Shown in pieces: positions 25,333 to 38,105 of a stretch of DNA of 64,000 nucleotides; the first letter of the stretch is position 1; the number at the start of each line of letters is the position of its first letter. The stretch covers positions 96,474,001 through 96,538,000 of the forward strand of contig CM059432.1 of NCBI GenBank assembly GCA_030390025.1, in the 5' to 3' direction. A program made the translations under genes and the position numbers. The DNA is from Squalus acanthias. Taxonomy: Eukaryota. The notes below the pieces were generated by a model, which had not been told where the DNA came from, did no database searches, and saw nothing but the letters and a program-made list of their open reading frames with translations.

Positions 25333-25883
25333 TGTTGAGCAACCTCCTTTCTCCTCTGGTTCACAACAACATGTTTTGAGTAAGCACGAGACTTCGTAGT
25401 GGAGTATATGGAACAGACTTTATTAATACACAGTAAAGGGGATCAGCCTTAACTGTATACAGAGAGTGGATATTTGGTTTCTGTATCTTTCAAGTACACT
25501 CTGACAAACTGTTGAAAACCATACTCTTTTATACACCATATTTTGATACTTCAAAGGAAAATGTCAAAATGACTTATTTATTTACCTAATCTTCTGAAAA
25601 CAGACCATCTATGTAAACTGTTCGCAATTGTTTACCTCAGAACCACTTCCCTTAAACAAGCCTTCACTACCCTAAAACTAAAATTACATTTTATTACCTA
25701 CACTTATTTCCTTACACAAGTACTTTACATATCAGAAAATAAGCCATGCTTTCTCCTCACGACACTTCAAAGTCATCCTGTTTATATCTTGGAAAGACTG
25801 TTGCTTTAAGATACAAAGAAGTTCGACTGTTAACCCTTAAGTCCCTTAGATGTCCAACATACATCTCTCTGGGATGACTAACA
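25333..25883 (-). repeat. LTR 3 (internal, copy of LTR 2 type)
   Basis: tgttgagcaacc...gatgactaaca. Shares catgttttgag and tattaatac variants with LTR 2 only. Confidence 0.9.
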
Positions 25884-27386
25884 TATCTACCAATTTTTAT
25901 TTCTTCTTCTAATGCATGCTCATATAATGAGGTAGACTGTTTATACAGTATAATTCTAGTCCATGGGTGTTGAACTATGTTTTAAACTTTCACCCACCAT
26001 TCATAATTTCCAATAGTAGATGTCCCCTTTTCAATGTTAGCATTACATCATATCATATACACTGTCAGTCATTTAATGTTAGGGTTTTAAACTAAAGAAG
26101 TCTTGTCTATGTTTATCTTGGGTAATATTACACATCATGACACAAACAAAGAATATCATAATACATTGTACAGAACACTACAGTTTATTATATGATCAAG
26201 TAATCATGGACTTAAAAGAATTCTCCAGCTCTCCTTTTACAATTATGCATCTTGTGGATATTCTCGCTGAGTATCATTTCACACTAACTTTCAGTTATTC
26301 CAATTTCATTGTGATCTCAAAGAAATTAAACCCTGAATATTAGAAATTCAAATCCTATGTCCCTCTTTACTTTAATTTCAGTCCCTCTGATAGGTATCAG
26401 TACATTTAACTCTATATTGTTTCATTAAAAAGTCAGTTTCATTATGGAGCATATGTCAATGCCTTGAATTAAATTTGTCTCACTCTCCTGAGCCACATTA
26501 ACCATTTCACGTCATGCTGTTGTCAAGTAACTGAGCATGTCTGAGACCAGTTCTTCAGTGCATCTTCACCATGCATTCCCGCATGCTAGTTGCCTTGAAG
26601 AGATAATTACGAGTCCTAGCCCTTTCGGACTACCCCAGATCAGACGTATTCCCCAGACGTTCCCCTTCAACTAAAGGTAGAGATAGCCGGATCCCATAAG
26701 ACGCTTAATTGGGTCTAAAGGTCAGACTACCTCTCCCTAAAGGAAAGAAATGGTCTAAAGATGTTACTGTCCTCCAGATAGTGCTTTTAATAAGTTTAAC
26801 TAGACTGTAACCTTCCGGATATTATGAGGGTCCAGAAAACTCCCCCAGAATTCTGCAACTCCTTTGTGAAGAGTGTACAGAAATTTGAGTTTGCGAGATG
26901 ATACAAAAATACTCTCTGAGACAATTTTAAAAATATATAGATTTATTTAAGAACCGACATTTAGCTAACATCTGTTATGGCAATCACAATTTTAACCATT
27001 CAAAATACAAATAGCTTACATTTCTTATCAGAGATCCTTATTCTCAAATCTTAACTTCGTTACATTTCCACACTTCTACTTATTTCTTTATCCAGAATAT
27101 CCACCAAAATCAAATACCTTGATTACCCGAGACTCAATGTTAAAAACTTACAGATCGTGCCTGTGAAGTTGAGAAATGCTTGCCTTCCCAGCGATTTCTG
27201 ACTTTCCATTTGAAAAGCTCTTATTTTTATATCTTTCTTTGGTGGTTTTTCCTTTGAAGTTTTCTTGCTGGTGTATGCTAATTGTTTTACGTCATTCTTT
27301 GCTGAATTGTTTTCTATTCTTTACTGTCATATCAGCTGTTAGCTTTTAGACTTGTCTCCTGTTTAGGTGCTTCAAAAACCATCATA

Positions 27387-28495
27387 GAAACATAGAAACA
27401 TAGAAGATAGGAGCAGGAGTAGGCCATTCGGCCCCTGGACCCTGCTCCGCCATTCGATGAGATCATGGCTGATCATCCAAACTCAGTACCCTGTACCTGC
27501 CTTCTCCCCATATCCCTTGATACCTTTAGCTTTAAGAAATATATCTAACTCATTCTTGAATATATTTAATGACTTGGCCTCAACTACCTTCTGTGGTACA
27601 GAATTCCACAGGTTCACCACTCTCTGGGTGAAGAAATTCTTCCTCATTTCTGTCCTAACTGGCTTAACCCTTATCCTTAGATTATGACCCCTGGTTCTGG
27701 ACTCTCCGACAATCGGGAACATTCTTCCTGCATCTAGTTTGTCCAGACCTGTCAGAATTTTATATGTTTCGATGAGATCCCCTCTCATTCTTCTATACTC
27801 CAGCAAGTATAAGCCCAATCGACCCAATCTCTCCTCATATGTCATTCCTGCCATCCCAGGTATCAGCCTTGTGAATCTTCGCTGAACTCCTTCCATAGCA
27901 AGAACATCCTTCCTCAGATAAGGCGACCAAAACTGCACACAGTACTCAAGGTGTGGTCTAACCAAGGCCCTGTACAACTGCAGCAGGACATTCCTGTTCC
28001 TATACTCAAACCCTTTCGCTATGAAGGCCAACATACCATTTGCCTTCTTCACCGCCTGCTGCACCTGCATGCTTACCTTCAGCGACTGGTGCACAAGGAC
28101 ACCCAGGTCTCGTTGCACTTCCCCTTCTCCCAATCTATTGCCATTCAGATAATAGTCTGCCTTTCTGTTTTTGACACCAAAGTGGATAACCTCGCATTTA
28201 TCCACATTATATTGCATCTGCCACGCTTCTGCCCACTCACCCAACCTGTCCAAATCATCCTGGAGTTTCTCGGTATCCTCCTCGCAGCCCACACGCCCAC
28301 CCAGCTTTGTGTCATCTGCAAACTTGGAGATATTACATTTAGTTCCCTTATCTAGATCATTAATGTATATTGTGAATAGCTGGGGTCCAAGGACCGATCC
28401 CTGTGGTACCCCACTAGTCACTGCCTGCCACTCGGAAAAAGACCCATTAATTCCTACTCTCTGCTTTCTGTCCGCCAACCAGTTCTCTATCCAAG
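27387..28495 (-). mobile_element. Young 5'-truncated CR1 LINE with an uninterrupted RT C-terminal frame
   Basis: ORF 27483-28601 contains GVPQGSVLGP, KFADD, VRPHLEYCVQFWSP with no stops. (gaaacata)n tail. TSD TCATA (27382-27386, 28496-28500). Confidence 0.95.
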
Positions 28496-28521
28496 TCATA
28501 AAAAACAACATGACAGTAGTA

Positions 28522-29217
28522 CGATAGCAAAATACTGCAGATGCTGGAAATCCGAAATAACAACAGAAAACACTGGAAAAACTCAGCAGGCCAGGCAGCA
28601 TCCGTGGAGAGAGAAACAGAGTTAACGTTTCAGGTCGAAGACCTTTCGTCAGAACTGGAAAAAGCAGGAAATGAAATAGATTTAAAGCAAGGATAAAGCT
28701 GGGAAAAGGGAGAGGGGATGAAAGAACAAAAGGAGAGATTAAGAGACATTGAGAGACATTAAGAGATGATCAAGGCAAGAGGTGGTGTTAATGTGACAGG
28801 TTGAGTCTAAAAGAAGTGTGAAATGCACTGGCAGAATGAAGGACAGCTGCCAGCTTCTAGGAGGGAAAAAAAAGGGGGGGGCAAACAAAAGGGTGGATGA
28901 AAAAATAAAATATAAATGTGATAGGGGCTAGGTTATGATCTAAAATTGTTGAACTCGATATTGAGTCCAGAGGGCTGTAGGGTGCCTAAACGAAAGATGA
29001 GGTGCTGTTGCTCGAGCTTACGCTGCGCTTCCGTGGAACAGTGTAATAGGCCGAGGACGGTGAGGTCAGAGTGGGAGTGGAGCAGAGAATTAAAGTGACA
29101 GGCCATCGGGAGCTCGGCGTCCCCCTTACGGACTGAACGGAGGTGTTCCGCAAAGCGGTCACCCAATCTGCGTTTGGTCTCCCCAATGTAGAGGAGACCA
29201 CATCGTGAGCAGCGAAT
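28522..29217 (-). mobile_element. 5'-truncated Penelope-like element with GIY-YIG C-terminus and intact hammerhead (28620-28656)
   Basis: YIGETKRRLGDRFAEHLRSVRKGDAELPMACHFN...LEQQHLIFRLGTLQPSGLNIEF. TSD atgacagtagta. Minus strand reads agttCTGACGAaaggtcttcgacctGAAAcgttaact. Confidence 0.9.
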
Positions 29218-30095
29218 ATGACAGTAGTATTTATTTGATGTGATTCTTACGAAGTCTTTCTATTGAATTTCTAATATCACTTAACTACTTGTAAGCCAGT
29301 CGTCGTGTCTCCTAACTATTCCATTTTTAATACAAGAACAATATAATTGCTTGATGCATCCATTGAAGTAATATTTTGAAAGCCTTCCTATAGGTATATT
29401 TTACAACTTGTAAATTGAAAACACTTCTCTTAGGGTGTTTACTTGTTTTCTTGCTATCTCAATTGGTTGCATATTTAATCATGTTTCCTGTTTCTAAGTT
29501 TAACATAAAACTATTTTACGACAGGCATTTCTTTTACTTGATGTCATTTTTTCAAAGGCACTTGGTTTTTTTAATGTTCTGTGCACCTGTTCGATGTGTT
29601 AGATTATAACACCTTACTTGGGTCATTCCATTGTTTTGGTTCCAAACTCTAGACATAGAGGAACCGCCAATGGTTTGCTTCAATAGGGGCTTTGTTTCTG
29701 TATTTACAAACCAATTCCCATTTCAAAGCTTGTGTTCACAGCTTTGTGTTAACAAACTATCTTCTCTCATCAGCCTGTATTGTGCCTGCAGCCTGTGTCG
29801 CCGAGGCTTTCAGACTTTTAAACCCAGTATGTCTTGTATTAATAATATCAAAATTCTGTTAATAGGATGGTGTATTTTTCTGAAATATGGCTATTCCATT
29901 ACAGCCTCATGCGCAACATGTCACATTTGCACACACACTGGTATCCCAATATCATGCCACACTTGACATCAGATACAAGCCATTCCTGGGCTTGAAAGTT
30001 ATCTTATGAAAAGATCGGAGGTCTTTTCTCATCTCCACCTGCAAGGTCCCAATGTCTAGGGTTGTGCCCAGGCTATCAAATACATTTTCTTTATT

Positions 30096-30740
30096 ACAAA
30101 AGCAAAATACTGCGGATGCTGGAAATCTGAAATAAAAACAGATTGGGTGACCGCTTTGCAGAATACCTCCGTTCAGTCCGTAAGGGTGACCCCGCGAGCT
30201 TCCGGTCACCTGTCACTTTAATTCTCCGCTCCACGCCCACTCTGACCTCTCTGTCCTCGGCCTCTTACAGTGTTCCAATGAAGATCAACGTAAGCTCGAG
30301 GAACAGCAAATCATCTTTCGATTAGGCACTTTACAGCCTTTTGGACTCAACATCGAGTGCAAAAATTTCAGACCATAACCTCTGCCCCTATCTTTTTTTT
30401 CATTTTTTTTCTCTCTCTCTCACATGGCAGCTGTCGATCATTCTGCCATTACCATTTACACTTCATCTAGAGTCATCTTTTCTTTCTCAACTTGTCCCAT
30501 TACCATCTGCTTTTGCCTTGCACCATCATCCCTTTTGTCTCTTAATCTCTCCTGCCTTCCATCCCATCACAGACCTTCCCTTTTGTTCTTTCCTGCCCTC
30601 TCCCCTCTCCCTGCCCCTACACTTGCTTAAAAACCTGTTCCATCTCCAACTTTTTCCAGTTCTGACAAAGGGTCATCGACCTGAAACGTTAACTCTGTTT
30701 CTCTCTCTACAGATGCTGCCTGACCTGCTGAGTATTTCCA
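30096..30740 (+). mobile_element. Penelope-like insertion in array unit 3
   Basis: Same structure and acattttctttatt TSD as in unit 2. Hammerhead core mutated (CTGACAA). Confidence 0.85.
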
Positions 30741-32281
30741 ACATTTTCTTTATTGTTCAGTATAGGCAAAGAACCAAACATCTCACGGAGAAACCTATCA
30801 ATTAATGATTCTCACCTACAATTTCCTGACTTTCAATGGAATGTATCTCAATACCAAATTTAAATATTTTCAGGTATCATGTTACTCAGGGGTGCACTCA
30901 CACATCTTTTCCTAACCCCTGTTTGAGTTCCTCAAATTCACCCATAATCACCTAGGAAAATTATTTTAGAAAAACTCCCATTATATTACCATTTCATCAC
31001 ATTCAGGAGCCCTGGAGAAACTTTACTGTCCAATACAATACAATCATTACCATTTAACAAAATTCCCAAATCAATCCAAGCTATCAACACATTTTGGTCA
31101 TTTTGCTTAAACTCTTATTGGACCTTTTATTCCTCAAAATATTGTAATTCCAGAGAGCAATTCAGTCTGCAAGATGAGGAATGTTAGTTACCTTTAACAC
31201 AAGAGCCTCTCCCCAAAAAACTTCTTTCTTAACACACAGTTTGGATGGAAACCACTTAGAATGGACCTTTTCAAAAACAAAATTTGATTATCCCATTAAA
31301 TTTCAGATAAATTTCCCTTCCCGAGTGTTTGAACTGCAACTTGTATCAATTTATCTTATCAATTTTAATTTCACAAAAAATTATGTCCAGGCTCGTGATT
31401 TTACAAAGGAGACAAAAATAGTTGTAATTACGTTTGAATGTAAGTCTTTTATCTTCCCCCTCGAGCAACGTGCCTTGGAAGATACCAAACGATCCCAATA
31501 GGTTAAAGTCTTAAGTCTAATTTTGTCACCAAGCTGCAACATTCAAAATCCATCGATGTCTGCAGATAAGAACTTAAATTCTGAACAGTACTGGAGCTCC
31601 CTCTGCACTTTTTCAGCAAAGTTCGAGCTCTGTAACACCTTGAAGTAATTTCTCTATCAAAGAACCCCTCTTGGTAATCTTGCACCATCAACACTCTGCT
31701 TAAAAGTAAAAACAGAAAATCCATTGTGGCTTTCCTGGCAGCCCAATAGGTTAATTTTGTCATTTGTCAATTTCTGATTCCCTTCTGTCACTGTGTGAAA
31801 ACATCCATTCAAATTAAAAAAACTTAAAATTTAAAAATACCCCAAATGTTTACAAAACACAAAGCTGCTTGTGGAGTTAACTTCTTTTTTTTCATTTCAA
31901 AAGAAGACAAACCCAGATATCATCAATCAATGTCAGCTTGTGTCACAGAACTTCTTACAGCTTTCAAATAAATGTAAAAACATTTGCCAAGTAAAATGCT
32001 TAAAATTTGCAATTCAATTCAGCAGGGAAAACATCAGACGTCATTATCATGCACATAACAGTCACATTCCCCCTTTATCTCTCTTCTGGTCACACATTCC
32101 AGTACCATTAAGACGATTAATCTTAACACATATTCCAGCTTGAAAAATACTTTGTAAAAAAGACGTTAGCATTCACACTGAAAACAAAAACTTCTGAAGA
32201 ACAGTAGGAAAGAGACATGATCTTCCATTTTCTCTTTTATTTCATCATAAACTATTTATCTTTTTTCCCTTAAACCAATTT

Positions 32282-32560
32282 TCAATTTCTCCACAAGGCA
32301 CCTATTCCCATACAAAGCCCTTGAAATAGGTATGTTCTCTGTCTCCTTTCATTTAGTTTCTGCTGAAACAGGATCATTTCCTGGCTACTATCTTTTTGTC
32401 TCTGCAGACACACATTCTCCAGTGCCTGCTCAATCTCCTCCCAGCTCCCGTTTAAAATTTCCTTGGGAAAATTGTAAGGTTCCCCCTTACTTTTAATCCG
32501 GTCAGAAATTTTCAAAAGGACCAACTTGGTCGAGAAACCAACTATCTCGTCTGATTCCAC
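32282..32560 (-). pseudogene. Possible gag N-terminal remnant of the array element
   Basis: Open frame just downstream of the PBS and splice donor (KISDRIKSKGEPYNFPKEILNGSWEEIEQALENVCLQ...). Called on position only; no diagnostic motif. Confidence 0.3.
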
Positions 32561-32663
32561 CCTATTCCCTAGATCGCGATTCCCAGGAGCTAGTTATACC
32601 CACTATTCATATTAATTCATACTCACCATCTGCGTATTCGTTGGACGAGTTCACGGCACCAAA

Positions 32664-33387
32664 TGTTAAGCAACCTCCTTTCTCCTCTGGTTCACAACAA
32701 CATGTTTCGAGTAAGCACGAGACTTCGTAGTAGAGTATACGGAACAGACTTTATTGATACACAATAAAGGTGATCAGTCTTAACTGTATACAGAGAGTGG
32801 ATTAAAAACAGAAAATGCTGGAGATACTCAGCAGGTCAGGCAGCATCTGTGAAGAGAGAAACAGAGTTAACGTTTCAGGTCGATGACCTTTCATCAGAGA
32901 GGTATTACAGAGAGTGGATATTTGGTTTCTGTATCTTTCAAGTTCACTCTGACAAACTGTTGAAAACCATACTCCTTTATACACCATAGTTTGACTACTT
33001 CAAAGAAAAATCTCAAAATGACGTATCTATTTCCTAAATCCTCTGAAAACAGACTCTGTAAACAGTTTGCAATTGTTTACCTCAGAACCACTTCCGTTAA
33101 ACAAGACTTCCTTTACCTACTGTTATCTTTAGCAAATGGATGCACTTCCCTGTTTCATTACCCTAAAACTAAAACTAAAATTACATTTTATTACCTACAC
33201 TTATTTCCACAAGCACTTTACATATCAGAAAGCATATCAGAAAACAAGCCATGCATTTTCCTCACAACACTTCAAAGTCATCCTGTTTATTTCTTGGAAA
33301 GCCTGTTGTTTTAAGATAAAAAGAAGTTTGACTGTTAACCCTTAACTCCCCAAATGTCCAACATATATCTCTCCAGGATGTCTAACA
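32664..33387 (-). repeat. LTR 4 (outer 5' LTR of the array)
   Basis: tgttaagcaacc...gatgtctaaca. Carries a private ~100-bp Penelope insert (32803-32905, TSD tacagagagtggat) and a ~45-bp segment (~33110-33155) missing from LTRs 1-3. Confidence 0.9.
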
Positions 33388-33965
33388 CCCCTCACCCACC
33401 GACTCTGGTTAATTGCCTGAAAATAATGTTCACAACATGATTGGAATCTGCGCTGTCAATAATTAGATCTATAAAAGCTACGGTTTAGTAATTGAATGTT
33501 GTAGATTGATCTAAGTAACCCCCTATAACTAGGCATTACTAATTCATCCTTAATTGCATGTGAAGATCTGATCAGATAGCCCTAATGATTATTATCCTCT
33601 CTCCACAGATGAAATGGAACCATCTCAAGTCCAAGGTCAAAACAAGAATTACCACTGTCACCATCACAGAAGCTGCACACACAAATCCCTACATACCGCC
33701 ACCAGAAGAACACACACCTGGCACAGAGGATGTGAAGAGAACTATGTAACTGTACCATACCTTGGTCAAAATGTGATTTATTGTGCATGTAGTATTACTT
33801 TTTTGTAACATCTGAAACTTGCATGTTAGTTCAGTTGATTGAGTCCATCCCTAATATTGGGTTCAATTGTGTCTCAACTGTTTACTGGTCATAACTGTTC
33901 AATGCCAGATTAAACCAATAAATTAAAATACAACTCGGCATTCATAATGGGTAGAAAGGGTTTTA

Positions 33966-34295
33966 CATAAGAACATAAGAACATAAGAAATAGGAGCAGG
34001 AGCAGGCCATTTGGCCCCTCGAGCTTGCTCCACCATTCAATAAGATCATGGCTGATCTGGTCTTGGCCTCAACTCCACTTTCCTGCCCGCTCCCAATAAC
34101 CCTTGACTCCCTTATCGTTCAAAAATCTGTCTGTTGCCACCTTAAATATATTCAATGACCCAGCCTCCACTGCTCTGTGGTGTAGAGAATTCCAAAGATT
34201 CATGACCCTCTGAGAGAAGAAATTCCTCCTCATCTCCGTTTTAAATGGGCGACCCCTTATTCTGAAACTATGCCCCCTTGTTCTAGATTCCCCCC
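33966..34295 (-). mobile_element. CR1 LINE 3' end
   Basis: (acataaga)n tail, aggagcaggccatttggcccctcgag. Translation ESRTRGHSFRIRGRPFKTEMRRNFFSQRV. Confidence 0.9.
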
Positions 34296-37200
34296 GTGCC
34301 CATTCACGTGTGTACTTTGGCTGCCGCTCTGGACCCAAGCCGTTCATTTTTCCCCACATTTTCTCCCCCCTTTTCCTTTTCTCTCTACCCCTCCCTGACT
34401 GCGCTCTCCTGTCGTCGTGCCTCCTTTCATCTCTCCACTCTCGGATACTCTGCCCGCCCAAATCCCTACCCCAATCATTCATTCCTCTTCGACCTTCCCA
34501 CTCTCTTACCATCGTCCCAGGCTTGATTCCCTCTTAGATAAGCCTACAGCTTCCCTCTGTTCCTCTCTTGGCATCTTACGAAGGGCCAATCGAGGCACTC
34601 ATCGCTGCCTCCTTAAGAGCAGCAACCCCAACTATCCCGTTCTACTCTCTCGCCAACCTTCCTGCCCAGCATGCCCACTGGGGGCTAATCTTGCCAATCT
34701 CCTCCCCGTCCAACTCTCCCCTCCCAGCGCTGACCCTGTGGACGCTAGCAGTGGGTCAGCCATCACTGACCTTTTCCGCATCTCCCTCCAGAATGTCCGT
34801 TCACTTGCGAACAAGGCTCTTGCCACACATGAGCTTATTGTGGATGATTGCATCGACATCATGGCCCTGACAGAAACTTGGTTGAGGGGTGATGACACCT
34901 TATCCTTAAATGAAGCCTCCCCGCCTGGCTATACCTTCCACCACTTGCCCTGCTCAAACCGCCATGGTGGCGGTGTGGCTCTCATCACCAAATCTCACCT
35001 TGGTCTGTCCCCCTACTCCTCCAACACTTTCTGCTCCTTTGAGCATCTCACCTTATTCCACCCCCTCACCTCTCATTTAAAATTCTCGTTCTCTACCGCC
35101 CACCCAAGTACCAAAAATATTTTATTACCGAGATATCTTCACTGCTTTCCTCCCTCAGCCTCTGCACTGAGCAAATTCTCATCCTCGGTGATTTCAACCT
35201 CCATCTCAATTCATCATGCTCTCTCTCCTCTGAGTTCACTGCCCTCCTATCCTCCCTTAATCTCTCTCTCCATGTAAACTCCCCAACCCATATTCACGGC
35301 CACTCCCTCGACCTTGCCAGCTCTTGTGGCCTCGCTACTCCCATCGTGTCAAACGCAGATAAGGCCACCCCCCTTCCCTCCACCCCCCAACACTACTTCC
35401 TTCTTTGCCCTCCCCTGAAAAAAACTTTCCCAACTCTCTTACAACTGCACTTACGAAATCCCAACTGTCCAGCCTCTGGCCCTCCATTCATCACGACATT
35501 TCTGCAGCTACCGATCTGCTCAACCACACCCTCACCACCACCTTTGATGCCCTAGTCCCTACTAAAACAATTACTCTCTCTCACCCTGTCCATTTCCCCT
35601 GGTATGGCCTTAATTTTCACTACCTTAAGTCCAAGGGACACAGATGTGAATGGATATGGCGGACAATTGGTTTAGCCATTCACCGCCAGATCTGGCTGGA
35701 CCACATAAAGCATTATCGGGTCCTGCTCTCGTCTGCCAAAATTGCTCACTATTCTAGAATCATTCTGGAATGCAAAGATAAACCTCAGCTTTTATTTTCC
35801 ACTGCTAATCGTCTTCTTAAACCCCTCTCCCCTGTCTCCTCCACCCTCACCTCCGACAACAAGTGTAAGGAGCTCATGGACTTCATTGTCTCTAAGATTG
35901 AGACCATCCGTTCAGCTGCCTCTGCCACTTCCCTTCCTTTTCCAAGCCCACCGAGCCAAACCTCCTCTAAGGTTCCCCCCGCCCTAGCACTGAACTCACA
36001 TCTTTCTCCAGTTTCTCTCCGATCTCCCCTCATGACCTCTCCGCGCTCATCTTGTCCATGAGACCCACTTCCTCTCCCTTGACCCTAGTCCCACCAAACT
36101 GCTGACCACCCAACTTCCTTTTCTGGCTCCCATGTTAGCTGACATTGTTAACGGTTCTCTCTCCTCAGGTACTGTCCCCCTCTCCCTCAAATCTGCCGTC
36201 ATCACCCCTCTCAAAAAAACAACCCTTGACCCCTCTGTACTTGCAAACTACCGCCCCATCTCCAACCTCCCTTTCCTCTCCAAAGTCCTTGAACGTGTTG
36301 TCGCCTCCCAAATCCGTGCCCATCTTTCCCACAACTCCATGTTTGAATCCTTCCAAACAGGTTTCCGCCCTTGCCACAGTACCGAAATGGCTCTTGTCAA
36401 AGTCACAAATGACATCCTTTGTGACTGTGACAAAGGTAAACTGTTCCTCCTCGTCCTTCTTGACTTGTCTGAAGCCTTTGACACGGTTGACCACTCCATC
36501 CTTCTCCAACGCCTCTCCACTGTCGTCCAGCTGGGTGGGACAGCACTCGCCTGGTTCCATTCTTATCTATCTAATCGTAGCCAGAGAATCACCTGCAACG
36601 GCTTCTCTTCCGCTCCCGCATCATTACCTCTGGTGTCCCCCAAGGATCTATCCTTGGCCCCCTCCTATTTCTCATCTACATGCTGCCCCTTGGCGACATC
36701 ATCCAAAAACACAGCATCAGTTTCCACATGTACGCTGACGACACCCAGCTCTACCTCACCACCACCTCTCTCGACTCCTCCACGGTCTCTAAATTGTCAG
36801 ACTGCTTGTCCGACATCCAGCTCTGGATGAGCAGAAATTTTCTCCAATTAAATATTGGGAAGACCGAAGCCATTGTTTTCGGTCCCCGCCACAAACTCCG
36901 TTTCCTAGCCACTGACTCCATCTCTCTCCCTAACATCTGTCTGATGCTGAACCAGACTGTTCGCAACCTTGGTGTTATATTTGACCCTGAAATGAGCTTC
37001 CGACATATCCAAGACCGCCTATTTTGACCTCCGTAACATTGCCCATCTCCGCCCTTGCCTTAGCTCATCCGCTGCTGAAACCCTCATCCATCCCTTTGTT
37101 ACCTCTAGACTTGACTATTCCAATGCACTCCTGGCTGGCCTCCCATGTTCAGCCCTACGTAAATTTGAGGTCATCCAAAACTCGCTGCCCATGTCCTAAC

Positions 37201-37567
37201 TCGCACCAAGTCCCGTTCACCCATCACCCCAGTGCTCGCTGACCTACATTGGTTCCCGGTTAAGCAATGCCTCGATTTTAAAGTTCTGATCCTTGTTTTC
37301 AAATCCCTCCATGGCCTCGCCCCTCCCTATCTCTGTAATCTCCTCCAGCCCCACAACCCCCCAAGATATCTGCGCTCCTCTAATTCTGCCCACTTGAGCA
37401 TCCCTGATTATAATCGCTCAACCATTGGTGGCCGTGCCTTCTGTTACCTAGGTCCTAAGCTCTGGAATTCCCTGCCTAAACCTCTCCGCCTCTCTACCTC
37501 TCTTTCCTCCTTTAAGACACTCCTTAAAACCTACCTCTTTGACCAAGCTTTTGGTCACCTGCCCTAA
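34296..37567 (+). mobile_element. Near-complete L2 LINE ORF2 (AP endonuclease + RT), frameshifted, 3' UTR missing
   Basis: LQNVRSL..ALTETWL..GGGVALI (endonuclease); NYRPISNLPFLSKVLE, LLDLSEAFDTVDH, HMYADDTQLY, LHWFPV, FKTLLKTYLF (L2 RT and C-terminus). Confidence 0.93.
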
Positions 37568-37607
37568 TGAAGTTATCCACTTTGGTAGGAAAAATAGAAA
37601 AGCAGTG

Positions 37608-38085
37608 TGAAGTAAGATATTAAAAAATTGGAAATAACAAAGGCAAGACGGGCATGACTCATTTGCAGAGAAGCAGGCCTATAACGAGATGAACAGAAGC
37701 AGGTCTATAACGAGATGAACAGAAGCAAGCCTATAACGAGACTAACAGAAAACGGCTAGCACATTTCTGGAAACCACATCATGGGCTAGCACAACTTTGT
37801 GTGGAAATTATGTGTTATCTTTGTATAAACCACCACCCTCGGATAATGAGTAAATGTGTAACTTTTAAAATTAATTGGATCTCCGTAAGGGTAAGGCAGC
37901 AATGTTGTATAAATGTGTGTGCTTTGATTAGCTCGGCGGAGTTGGACTTACGCAGCGACGTAGGAAGTTCTCCCCAGGCCTGAATAAACCGTTGTGACTT
38001 CAATTACTTGGTCTGTCTTTCCTTCAACAAGCCAGTAGCGTCGACCTTGTATATCACTTGGTCCGCACTTTGGGGGCTTACTTCA
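37608..38085 (+). repeat. ERV 5' LTR
   Basis: TGAAGTAAG...CTTACTTCA 9-bp inverted termini; three ~26-bp U3 tandem repeats (agaagcaggcctataacgagatgaac); TATAAA ~37908; AATAAA 37983. Confidence 0.95.
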
Positions 38086-38087
38086 AT

Positions 38088-38105
38088 TGGCGACGAGGAT
38101 GGGAT
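38088..38105 (+). promoter_or_regulatory. Primer-binding site, tRNA-Ser(GCU)
   Basis: TGGCGACGAGGATGGGAT, the 18-nt complement of the vertebrate tRNA-Ser(GCU) 3' end as recalled (ATCCCATCCTCGTCG-CCA). Major splice donor CGG|GTGAGT at 38151. Confidence 0.85.

Larger units (their letters stand above)
26596..29903. mobile_element. Second copy of the solo-LTR-like insertion (unit 3), expanded by CR1 and Penelope insertions
   Basis: Same site and GCCT TSD as 20952-22567. tgaagagataatt...ccattaca. Confidence 0.75.
15694..33387 (-). mobile_element. Tandem array LTR-int-LTR-int-LTR-int-LTR of a non-autonomous LTR element / endogenous retrovirus
   Basis: Four homologous TG...CA LTRs and three homologous internal domains, each with a PBS next to the LTR on its right. 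Outer flanks TCCCT (15689-15693) / CCCCT (33388-33392) form a 5-bp TSD with one mismatch. No RT motif seen. Confidence 0.9.

Noticed and set aside
16495..32143. Recurrent plus-strand ORFs (MTQTKN..., MELTSF..., MFSVSF..., MLVTFN...) as a tandem gene family
   Set aside because: They are antisense frames of the duplicated LTR element and recur only because of the duplication.
15694..33387. Array as an assembly artefact
   Set aside because: The units differ by many substitutions and by unit-specific TSD-flanked insertions, in a pattern consistent with two crossovers. An artefactual duplication would be near-identical.
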